DNA of 64,000 bases from Podarcis cretensis (taxonomy: Eukaryota). Under the pieces are notes generated by a model, which saw nothing but the letters and a program-made list of their open reading frames with translations, searched no databases and was not told the DNA's origin. Of the stretch, positions 13,090 through 24,339 are shown in pieces; the first letter of the stretch is position 1; the number at the start of each line of letters is the position of its first letter. The stretch is taken from NCBI GenBank assembly GCA_951804945.1, contig OX638149.1:111848001-111912000 (forward strand). Direction: 5' to 3'. The position numbers and the translations under genes were made by a program.

Positions 13090-13960
13090 CACGGTGCATC
13101 GTTCAGGAGCTTTTTTGGGGAGCGTAAGAAAACGCCTCCCCCTTAAAACCCTTCCTTTGAAACCCAAAAGCCTCAGGGCTTGAAAAACACTCAGATCTGG
13201 GAGGCTTCTTCCAGCGTCCCCCGCAAAGAGGTCTCGCCCAACGCCTTGCGATCGCGTGCGCGCGCGCGCCACCTTGTGGAGTTTCTAGCGCCGAGTGGCC
13301 CCTTCTTTGCACAGGAAATGCTCGTTTTTACTTCAGTAACCAAGATCCTTTAAGCAGGAAGTTAGGTGTGGTCTGTTGAAGGAGAATCACATTAAAAAAA
13401 AAAAAGCAACATCACTACTCGCCCCACCCCATCACCACCCCCCGCGCACAAAATAAAGAAGAAGAAAAAAGGGATGGTGGCGTTTTTGCTGCATCTTCAC
13501 GAGGATGCCAAACCCCCATAAGTGAACGATCCTATAATAAGGGTAATAATGCATGACTTATGCATCTGCAGTCTTGACAAAAGGACCGTGTGTGTGCGCG
13601 CGCGCGCTGTTTCCTAGACATGGTTTTTTACCCACTTTCCCATTTTTATTGCTAACGTTCCCGTCGCCGCCTTTTTGCACCGCGCATGTTTTGCCTGTGA
13701 CAGAGAACCTTTGCACATCGGAGGCGCCGCAGGTGCGCTTCGTCCGCAGCCCCAAAACCTGTTTTCCTGGTGCACACCTGCAGGAGTGTGGTGTGTTTGT
13801 CTGTGTTACTGGAGACTGAGAGGGAGGAGAGAGAGGCTGCAGCTAATCCCCAGAGAGGAGAACTCCGAGGCGCGAAGCCGATGGACACTTGTTTTGTATA
13901 TACCTTGGGGGCGGGAGATAATTTTTTAGGCTGCAGACTCCTTCGCCGCGTGCCATATTC
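13090..13960 (+). promoter_or_regulatory. SCN2A: CpG-rich promoter/TSS region
   Basis: Abrupt CpG enrichment, including (CG)n runs near 13254-13269 and 13597-13607, in otherwise CpG-poor non-repeat DNA; surrounds the putative non-coding first exon. Confidence 0.65.
13300..13542 (+). other. SCN2A: Non-coding 5' UTR exon (start approximate)
   Basis: ACAGGAAATG...TTACTTCAGT...CAGGAAGTTAGGTGTGGTC..TGAAGGAGAAT plus an A-run resembles my recollection of a mammalian SCN2A 5' UTR exon; ends in donor AAGG|GTAATA at 13542/13543. Confidence 0.7.
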
Positions 13961-14456
13961 ATCTTATCATTGCTATTCCGATAGGTCATCTGGCACTCAA
14001 GCTGTTGATCTTCTGTTGCTGTTACTATTTAATTGTTTGGATAATGTGCTTTGCTTATTCAGGGTGGTTGGGTTGATTTATATATATGTATATAAAAACA
14101 AAAATAGGATGTGGCACAGATTACGCTTTGGATTTAAGCTTTAAGCATCTTTTTCATCGGATTATTTTTATTTTTCAGCGACATATGCGTTGAAGAGATT
14201 TCCATTCTCAGTTCTGGGAGGAAAAAAATTAAATGCTTACATTTGAAAGTAATAGGCTTAATTTTTAAGAATAGGGTTTGACTGTTGTTATTATAGGAAG
14301 CCCATAATTCAATTAAGGATTCCTCCCATCCCTAAATCTATGTACTGTAAAGTTTTTTGGTGGGACGGTGCTGTATTCAAGTGTCCAAGCCTTATTCCTT
14401 GCATATATATCACATTCCTCGGGGTGCAGCAGGAGTGCTATACCACTGAATCTTTT

Positions 14457-14806
14457 AGGTAAAGGGGACCCCTGACCATTAGGTCCAGTCGCGGACGACT
14501 CTGGGGTTGCGGTGCTCATCTCTCTTTATTGGCCGAGGGAGCTGGCGTACAGCTTCCGGGTCATGTGGCCAGCATGACTAAGCCGCTTCTGGTGAACCAG
14601 AGCAGCACACGGAAACACCGTTTACCTTCCTGCCGGAGCAGTACCTATTTATCTACTTGCACTTTGACATGCTTTTGAACTGCTAGGTGGGCAGGAGCTG
14701 GGACTGAGCAACAGGAGCTCACCCCGTCGCGGGGATTTGAACCGCTAACCTTCTGATCGGCAAGTCCTAGGCTCTGTGGTTTAACCCACAGCGCCACCCG
14801 CGTCCC
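14457..14806 (-). mobile_element. Sauria SINE
   Basis: TSD actgaatctttt(aggt) at 14445 and 14808; AAAGGT tail. Confidence 0.9.
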
Positions 14807-15368
14807 TACTGAATCTTTTAGGTGACAGTAATGGCCTCTCTGTAGTGGCAGTGAACAGGAAATGACGCAAATCCCACCCCTCCAGCTCTCTAATAATATG
14901 GAAATGCTTCTTTGTAAAACACTTCCTAACTTAGCTGACTCAGCATACCAGCAAAGGTAGCTGCCAGACTATTTGCCAGATTTATTGGGGTGACCTTTTG
15001 TCACCATAGGCAGCTATTGCCCCCATCACTACACGTAGAAAATCCCCTCGCCTCAGGGCACTTATGTCTGACAGCTATTTTCCTAGGACAAAAACTGCTT
15101 GACCTGGTGGTTGAGGGGGTATTACTTACAGCCCCTCCAAGTGTCCCTATTTTCCAGGGACAGTCCCAGATTTACAGAATCTGTCCTGGTTTCTGATTTG
15201 ACCCCAGAATGTCCCACTTTTCCTTAGGACATCCCTTTTCATCAGAGGGTATGGAGTTAAGCGACCTCCAAGCCAAGGAGAAAAGTAACTATGCAACCTT
15301 TAGAAGACATCTCAAGGCAGCCCTGTATAGGGAAGTTTCTAATGTTTAATGTTTTGTTATGTTTTTTA

Positions 15369-15596
15369 TAGTGGTAACTGGGGTTACATACGCTTCAGTT
15401 TACAGACACTTCAGGTTACAGACTCCACTAACCCAGGTTAAGAACTTTGTTTCAGGATGAGAAAAGAAAACCTGCTCTGGCGGCGCGGCAGCAGCAGGAG
15501 GCCCCATTAGCTAAAATGGTGCTTCAGGTTAAGAACAGTTTCAGGTTAAGTGTGGACCTCCGGAACGAATTAAGTACTTAATCTGAGGTACCACTG
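15369..15596. mobile_element. Tc1/mariner (Tigger-like) MITE
   Basis: TA-flanked; ends (t)agtggtaac...gaggtaccactg. Confidence 0.75.
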
Positions 15597-15682
15597 TATA
15601 TGTGTTGGAAACCAGCCAGAGTGGCTGGGGCAACCCAGTCAGATGGGCGGGGTATAAATAAAATGATGTTGATGATGATGAT

Positions 15683-15719
<37 letters not shown>

Positions 15720-15724
15720 GAATA

Positions 15725-16077
15725 AAGGTAAAGGTAAAGTTACCCCTGACCATTAGGTCCAGTCGTGGACGACTTTGGGGTTGCGGCGCTCATCTCGCTT
15801 TATTGGCCGAGGGAGCCGGCGTACAGCTTCTGAGTCATGTGGCCAGCATGACTAAGCTGCTTCTGGCAAACCAGAGCAGTGCACAGAAACGCCGTTTACT
15901 TTCCCGCCAGAGCGGTTCCTATTTATCTACTTGCACTTCGTGCTTTCGAACTGCTAGGTTGGCAGGAGCAGGGACTGAGCAACGGGAGCTCACCCCGTTG
16001 CGGGGATTCCAACCGCCGACCTTCTGATCGACAAGCCCTAGGCTCTGTGGTTTAACCCATAGCGCTACCCGCGTCCC
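15725..16077 (-). mobile_element. Sauria SINE inserted next to a (TAA)n tract
   Basis: 13-bp TSD taataatagaata. Confidence 0.9.
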
Positions 16078-16399
16078 TAATAATAGAATAGGACATCCCT
16101 ATTTTCATCAGAGAAATGTTGGAGGGTATATGCATATATGCTATGCACTTCTGTAGTAGGCAGAAAGACAAGTTTGATGCTGTGCACTGCGTTCAATATG
16201 AGAAGATACTCAGTTATTATTTTGCTGATTCCAGAATTCAGCCTTTTACTCAGTAGTGGACCTCGGGGTCTCAAATGTCAGTGGAGACCTGTGCAGAGCC
16301 CAAACTCGGTGTGCTGCTTCTCGCTCCACTCCAAATCATAGTTGTGGTGCCCCTGAGGCTCCACACCCAGTGTGACCAAATCGGTTCCGGTCCCCTAAA

Positions 16400-17975
16400 T
16401 CCAGCTCTGGACTGGATGGGAGCCCATCAACTGAGGCTGAATCCCAATAAGAAAAACTGCTGTGGGAAGGTGGGTGGTTCCCATATCCTGGAACTAGGAT
16501 GTATGACTTGTTCTGGGCGGAGTTATACTCCCCACAGAAAAAAATGGGTTCATAATCTGGGATTATTCCTGCATCCCACTTTGTCAGTGATGTCTCAAGA
16601 GGATTCTGTGGCTAGGAATGTGTATGTCCAGATTAGACTGGTTTTCCAGCTAACTTTTGTTCCTGGGCTGGGATAGCCTGGCCTCAGTTGTCCGTTCTCT
16701 AGTGACCTGCTTGGACTACAGTAGCGTGCTCCACGTGGGACTGCCCTTGAAGACAGTCCAGCGGCTGCAGAATGCTGCTAGGTTAGTGAATGGGCAGCTT
16801 CATGAGACCATGTGCTACTGTGTTATTAGCATAGAGTTGTTGTGCTTGAGTGAATTTTGCAAACTGTATTGATTTCTAATCTGTAATGGGAAGAATAAAA
16901 TAGCACTTATTAGGAATGTTATTTTTATTCCCTTAAAATCCTTGTGATATAAATGATTACGCCTCATTTTACAGGCGAGGACTACAGCAAAGGAAAACAT
17001 CCACCTGCCTAGCTAACAAGCTGTTTGATAAGTTTTTAGGCAAAGGTTCTTCTTCAACCAGGCCTTTGGCTGATTAACATTCTATGTCCTTTTAAATGTG
17101 GGTTGGTTTTTTTTTGGGGGGGGAGGGGAGAGTATTGGTTTTGTTATGTTATTATTTTTATTATGTATTTTGTGTTCTCATTTTATATTTTATGTTGTGA
17201 ACCGCCCTGTGATCTTTGGATGAAGGGCAGTACAATCATGCCTTGGATCCTGAACGCCTTGCGAGTCAAAAGTTTTGGCTCCTGAACACTGCAAACCTGG
17301 AAGTGAGTGTTCCAGTTTGTGAATGTTCTTTGGAACCGGAACATCGGACGCGGCTTCCGATTGGCTGCAGGAGCTTCCTGCAGCCAATCGGAAGCTGCGC
17401 CTTGGTTTCCGAACATTTTGGAAGTCGAACGGACTTCCGGAAGAGATTCTGTTCAACTTCCGAAGTACAACTGTATACAAATTCAATCAATCAATCAATC
17501 AATCAATCAAAACAACCAGTGTGACAGCCAATGAGCTATCAGGCCCAATTTAGCGTGTTCATTGTCGCATATAAATCCCTAAATGGCTTGCGTGTGTCTT
17601 CCCCGATATAAACCATATTGGACCCTATAATTTGTAGATGAGGCCTTGTTGGTGATGCAGCCATTGGGGCCTGCTCAGTTGGTGTTGACCGATGACAGAG
17701 CCTTCTCAGTGGTGGCTCTCCATTTGTGGAAAGCCCTCTTTGGTGAGTTTGTTGCCACCATTATTAACTTCCAGCAATTGGAAAACATTCATGTTTACCC
17801 AGGCCATTGGTGGCTAAAGAATACTGCTCATGGCAACCCCGAGATTACTGGATAAAGCAATGTTTTTAACCACAACTGTTTTTAGACTGTCTTGACTGTT
17901 TTTAAAATGCTTTTTGAAATAAATTGGGGTTGTGTTTGCCATCCTGGACTCCTTTGGGAGGAAGGTGGGATTTAA
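16400..17975 (+). mobile_element. Degenerate L2 LINE fragments
   Basis: Translation LDWMGAHQLRLNPNK...VHNLGLFLHPTLS...LDYSSVLHVGLPLKTVQRLQNAARLV is typical of the L2 RT C-terminal region; (ATCA)n tail at 17484-17510. Confidence 0.7.
17233..17473. mobile_element. Tc1/mariner MITE inserted in the L2 tail
   Basis: TA TSD; internal palindrome gcttccgattggctgcaggagcttcctgcagccaatcggaagc. Confidence 0.7.
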
Positions 17976-17984
17976 ATCCAGACA

Positions 17985-17987
<3 letters not shown>

Positions 17988-18043
<56 letters not shown>
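17988..18043. repeat. (CT)n microsatellite upstream of the first coding exon acceptor
   Basis: About 28 units ending ~25 nt before the acceptor AG at 18066-18067. Confidence 0.95.
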
Positions 18044-18047
<4 letters not shown>

Positions 18048-18101
18048 CTATGTTTTGTGTCTCCTAGCACTTTTTTATACATGGGACACAACTGTAATTA
18101 A

Positions 18102-18431
<330 letters not shown>

Positions 18432-20299
18432 TGATGGGATGGAAATCCTGCAACCTTTCAGCTGAATGCTTTTTAGCCCGTGCAACTTACTGACGCTTAT
18501 TATCCAATATGTTCTGTTTTTCTTAATTGACTTCACTGACGCTGCCCATAAATAAGTGCTACATATTAGTGTTTATAATATTCCCCTCCTCTACATTTGC
18601 ATACAGTGAAGCAATTTTATTATATGATGCTTGGCAATTGTTGCTTACATTATCTTACACCTAGGGAAGGGCTTGAAAAATGAATGAACAGAGGTTTTAT
18701 TAATTTCGCTGCTAGCAGCACATCTTCCTTTAGTAATATTTTTTTAAATTATTAAATACATTCTGCAATTGCCGTTTGGCTCCTTTATGTCATTTCTATG
18801 CAACAAGGGTTTTTACACCACATATTTTGTTTCTGAGCTGTCCAGTCTTCAGCAAGGTTTGATTTTATTTATTTATTTGCAAAATAATTCTGTACCTCCA
18901 ACATTAAGAAAAACTAATAATATCATTGTGGTAAATAGCATAGCAGTAGCTGCAGAACAGTACTCTTAGAAGGACTAAGGCAGCTTTCCCATGATGCAGT
19001 GTGAAACTGTTGTGTAAGGCAGTCGATTCCATAGATGGCAGCATTTCCTTGCTTCCATATTCAGAACAATCAGGACTGGCCTTCCCATGAAGCAGTGTGA
19101 AGCCGTTACTTATTCCACGTATTACGTCCTTGCCTCTGGGTGCTATTCCATAGGAGCAGGGCATAATTTTACCCATTAATTTCCGCTTTGAAAATGTTTA
19201 AGGGCTGAACTGTACTTCTCCCTCCTATGCAATCTGTATATTAAGCCCCGCTCAATGAAGAATCGTTAACTTTCAAAGGTTATGTCTTTCAGATGACTTA
19301 TTCTGAATCAAGTTGTTTTACTGTGGGGAACAAATGGTAGGTTGCAGTTGAAAGGTAGATAAGGTTCCTCGCTTACCCTCTGCCTGGCCCTCTCCCGCAA
19401 AGTAAAAGGCAACTCAACCATGAGGATTTTAATCTTGGCTGGAAATGTCATTGATTTGATTAGATGTAGATGTACCATTTCATTAGAAACAGAGAGGTGA
19501 CGCTTTCACTTAACTCTGCTTAGCTATACATGGGCAGATGCATGGATAATTTCTGTGATTTTTCCCATGAACCCAGATCTTCCTGTTTTGAGCATAAAAC
19601 AGCCCTCAGACATGGCATCTCAACAGAAAACACTATATTAGGAAAGACTTCTTTTAAAAAAGTATATGAAACAATCAGACTGGAAGTGAAACATCAGACC
19701 AAGTCCAGCATTTTGCAAAGACAGATATCTTTCAGAGCTCACAAATGTGTAGGTCTCCTTTTGTTGTTTTCCCTAGTATTCCTTAATTTCAGGTGGCGTG
19801 CCTCTGTATGTGGAGGTTCCACTAAGTTCTCAAGAATCATTGCCATTGATAGGCCTATCTGCTCTGATTCTCTTTTAAAGTGGCTATATATAGCAATGAA
19901 TTTTGAAGTTCACATTGTATGAAGAAGGTGTGTATCTCCTTTGTTAAAGAGTAACCCTTTGGAAACTAATTAGGCTCTTGAATTATTTGTTCAACAATAC
20001 AGAAGCTGGGAAAAAAGAACAATGGCAGCCCCACTTAGGGTGGTTGTTGCTTGTTGGCTTGTATGTTTTTTTTTGCAGGTAATTTATGCAACATGTCATC
20101 GACACAAAAATAGTGTGTTAGTATTGGATGTATACCGCACCATCCATTTGCCATTTTGCTTTCATAATTGTTCTGCAGTATTTCTACATTATTGCCATAT
20201 GGAGGGGCACTCTTGTTCTATAGCACAACGAAAATAGGACAATAGAAACTCAGGATATATGTGGTATGAAAAGTTATAGGAATTTAGCAGGAAATTATG

Positions 20300-20930
20300 A
20301 GACATGCACCTATTGCAAACAAAGCAGCTTGATTGTTACAAGCTTGGTGGATCAGGGGAATGCTGTTGATGTAGTGTATCTTGATTTCAGTAAGCCTTTT
20401 AAAAATGTCTCCCATGATATTATTGTGGAGAAGCTGGTAAAATGTGGGCTGGATGAGGTAACTGTTTGGTGGATTTGTAGATGGTTGACTGACCAAATGC
20501 AAAGAGTACTCACTAATGCTGGCATGGCCAGACTTGACCCTTCAGATATTTTGGGACTACAATTCCCATCATCCCTGACCACTGGTCCTGTTAGCTAGGG
20601 ATGATGGGAGTTGTAGTCCCAAAACAGCTGGAGGGCCAGTTTGGCCATGCCTGCGCTAATGGATCCTCATCATCCTGGGGAAAAAGTGACAAGTTGGGTG
20701 CTGCAGGGTTCTGTCCTAGGACATCATTGTTCAAGATCTTTATAAATGACTTGGATGAAGGAATTGAGGGGATGCTCATCAAATTTGCAGATGACACCAA
20801 ACTGGGATGGGTCACGAATGCCGCGGAAGACAGAATTGGGATTAAAGATGACTTTAACAGATTGGAGAACAGGCCACAAACTAACAAAATGAATTTCAGT
20901 AAGGACAAGTGTAAAGTTCTACACTTGGGA
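20300..20930 (+). mobile_element. CR1 LINE reverse transcriptase fragment
   Basis: VDVVYLDFSK...HDIIVEKL and FINDLDEGIEGMLIKFADDTKLG motifs; interrupted by a MITE. Confidence 0.9.
20519..20653. mobile_element. hAT MITE inside CR1
   Basis: TIR c(t/a)ggcatggcca; 8-bp TSD cactaatg/cgctaatg. Confidence 0.85.
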
Positions 20931-23170
20931 ACTTAGATGGTCTTCAGCTGCCTCACCTTTTGTAGCTCCCCCAAACCAGGAGCTGAAGCTGTTTTCTTCT
21001 AGATACGTTTTATGAGGAAAGATGGGGAGAAAGTGGATGAGGCTTGAAGAATAAAACACCTGCGAGAGGGAAAGACATTGTGAAAAATTAAGTGCAAACA
21101 TTCGGGGCTCAGAGATGATCAGAAGGAGCAACTTCTTGTTGCTACAGAAAGAGTCCTTTATGCTTCCAAGGATTCAGATTAGGCCACCTACTTGCTAATC
21201 CTTTGGCCCTCCTGTTTTAAGTGAATGGGTCCAGATTGCCTGCTTACGCTTCCTCAGGGATGTGCAGGGCTCCGGGTCACATCATGGCTGTCTTCAGAAC
21301 AAGAGGGAAGGGCACTCCTTTCACCTCACCCTGTCTCTGAGCAGAGAGGAAGCCCTAGTTCTACCTCACCCCATATATGTGTATTCAGGATCAAACCTAG
21401 ATGTCCCTTGGAATTCAGGGAATTATTGCTTGCTGAAATCAAAAGGCAAAGCTTCTCGAGCATAAATTTGGTGTAAAGTTTTAACTGCAGATTTCCCACC
21501 CACCCCTTTGCTGTTTCTAAATGAGAAGGCATTTTTTTTATTTTAAAAAAAAATGTGATGGAGCTGTTATAGGAGGATTGTGAATAAAATATAAATGGTT
21601 ACTTGATTGCTGTTGATGGCTAAATGTAGGCATGAGAGCACAAGCAATTCATAAAAAGAATGAAATAGGAGGATTAAATGTATTAGCGGCGGCAAAAACC
21701 TGGCAGAGAAACAAAACTTGCAATCTTGGCAGGCATGAAGGAAAACAGCCATTGTAGTTATGCAAGTGTCTACTCTCTTGTCGGGGGATAGACAAATATC
21801 TCAAGTGCTTCCTATAGCACCTGATAGTAAAAGCAAACCAGCCCTTGTGGCCTGAGTTTGTGAGGTACGTTAGACTTGAACACGTGCAAGCAATTATTCT
21901 AAACTCTTCATATTTGAATGTATTACTGCAGCAAAGCAGATGTCACTGAAGGTTTGAGGGACAGCTTACCAGTTCATTCCTTCTCTTTTTTGAACAAAAC
22001 AAGGACTGAAGGTTTTAAATGCAGTTAGATAAATAAGCTAAGCACTTGCACCCTAATGCAGTCAGATATGACTTTGCTTCAAAGGCGGTGGGACCTTACA
22101 GCGGAATCCTAAACAGGTATACTCAGAAGTAAACCCCATTGCGTTCAATGAGACTTACTCCCTGGGAAGTGAGTGTAGGGTTCACTCCTAAGCACACTTA
22201 CTGGGTTGTAAGCCTCACAGAGTTCAGGAAACCTCTGAGTAAACCTGCAGGCGGATTATGTTGTTAAAACACATAAAACTGCAAACCTGAAGACGTTGCA
22301 AAACTGCAGGCCTGAAGTTGTTGCTTAGGAACACAGGGAACTGACTTTTACTGAGTCAGTGTTGTCTACCCTGACTTGCCAGTGACTCTCCAGGATTTCA
22401 GACAGGAGACATTCCTAGCCTTGTCCTGGAGGACGCCAGGGATTGAACCTGGAACATTTTGTGTGCCAAGCAGATGGTCACCCACTGCCAAGCTACCGCT
22501 GTGCAGTTGTAGGAAGCCATTTCTAAGCATCAACAGGGCCGATGAGGTAATAGGGATGAGGGGGCCGTAATAACAAGCTGTATCTATTCTGAATCCTCAT
22601 GCTGTTCTGACCAAATGCCGCACTGCTCTACCTGCATGCAGACTAATCCTTTTTAAAAAAACAACAGCAGCTGTCTTGAAAACAACTGCAAGGACAGAGC
22701 CAGTAAAACCCAAATCCAGTTCTCAAGTGGAGGCTCTATCTTTAAAATTCACACACAGTGATCTTTCAGGTCCTGGCTGGAAGTTAAATGCAGTGCCGTG
22801 CAGCCAGTTGCCACAGAGGGTTACATAAGAATATAAAAACAGAAGAGCCCCACTGGATCAGGCCAATGGCCCATCGAGAGCAGCATCCTGTTCTTACCGT
22901 GGCCAACTAGATGCCTATGCAATTCCCAGCAACCAGTATGTAGAAGCAGTTTGCCGCTGACACGGGAGGTAATATAGCCATTGATGGCCTTACCCTCCAC
23001 AGATTTCTCTAATCCCATTTTAAAACCAACTTGGTGTCAATCACTAGGTGTTGTGAAAGCAGAGTTCATAATTTCACTATACGCTGTGTGATGGAGTCCC
23101 TCCTTAAGTATTAAGTTAGTCGTGACTAACGTAAATCCATCGTTTTCAACTGATCTAACTCTGACTATGA

Positions 23171-23547
23171 GGGATGCAGGTGGCGCTGTGGGTTAAAGCC
23201 TCAGCGCCTAGGGCTTGCCGATCGAAAGGTCGGCGGTTCGAATCCCTGCGGCGGGTTGCACTCCCGCTGCTCGGTCCCAGCGCCTGCCAACCTAGCAGTT
23301 CGAAAGCACCTCTGGGTGCAAGTAGATAAATAGGGACCGCTTACCAGCGGGAAGGTAAACGGCGTTTTCGTGTGCGGCTCTGGCTCTGGCTCTGGCCAGA
23401 GCAGCGATGTCACGCTGGCCACGTGACCCGGAAGTGTCTCCGGACAGCGCTGGCCCCTGGCCTCTTAAGTGAGATGGGCGCACAACCCCAGAGTCTGTCA
23501 AGACTGGCCCGTACGGGCAGGGGTACCTTTACCTTTACCTTTACCTT
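23171..23547 (+). mobile_element. Sauria SINE (full length)
   Basis: 15-bp TSD taactctgactatga; (ACCTTT)4 tail. Confidence 0.92.
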
Positions 23548-24050
23548 TAACTCTGACTATGACTTTTGGGCTGCAGCCCAGGATGCTTAAAAGTCACCAG
23601 GTCCTTGCATTGTTTTCCATATCAGGTGTCGCGAAGGAGAACAGCAATATTACATTTATATTTGTAAACTTATTTTTAGGCTCCCTTTTTAGGCCCACGC
23701 ATAAAAACACAATGCATCTGAAAACAAAAACTAGGTGTTTTAAATGGCAGCAGTACAAAATTGTTTTAAAATATAGGCCACTTTAGAAAACAAAATAAAA
23801 TGGCAGTGTGGATTCTAGCAGCTAAAAAAGTATGCATTCTAAAAAAAAAGGTCTCTAGGTTAAAAAATATATAGGCCTAATTTGGCCTATATATATAAGG
23901 CCCCATCCGGGGGGGGGGGGGGGGGCAACGGAGTCTGAAATAAATAGGGTTTTTTTTTTTAATTCACCAAGATTTGCAGAGTTAAAGCCACGTGAACTTT
24001 GAGGAGAGAGTATTCTCCTTCTACATGTGACCAGCAGTCTGGAGAATAGT

Positions 24051-24339
24051 TTTGTTGTTTAGTCATCGTAGTCATGTTCGAGTCTCCGTGACCCCATGAA
24101 CCAGAGCATGCTTTGGAAGCTCTCACTTTCTTCTCAAAGCTTCTCCTTTTTTATGTCCATGGAGTTTTCTTGGCAAAATACTGGAGTGGTTTGCCAGTTC
24201 CTTCTCCAGGTGGATCGCATTTAGTCTAAGCTCTCGGCTATGACCTGTCCGTCTTGGGTGGCCCTGCAGGGCATAGCTCATAGCTTCTCTGAGTTATTCA
24301 AGCCCCTTCGCCACGACGAGGCAGCGATCCATGAAGGAG
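24051..24339 (-). mobile_element. Short Bov-B/RTE-derived non-autonomous element
   Basis: 11-bp TSD tggagaatagt; 3' end matches the Bov-B tail at 59650-59730; the rest resembles Bov-B 5' UTR sequence. Confidence 0.7.

Larger units (their letters stand above)
15129..16130. mobile_element. Non-autonomous DNA element (ccctccaa...ttggaggg ends) hosting nested insertions
   Basis: Inverted ends and repeated gtccc/ggaca subterminal motifs; a related end is seen near 34810-34900. Confidence 0.6.

Noticed and set aside
13076-13100. Possible RE1/NRSE (REST site), known from the mammalian SCN2A promoter
   Set aside because: Only GAACCACGG matches; the GGACAGCACC half is absent. I found no canonical RE1 by eye in 1-18000, and a PWM scan would be needed to claim presence or loss.
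23908-23925. G homopolymer as a G-quadruplex element
   Set aside because: Simple run with no supporting context; possibly a sequencing artefact.
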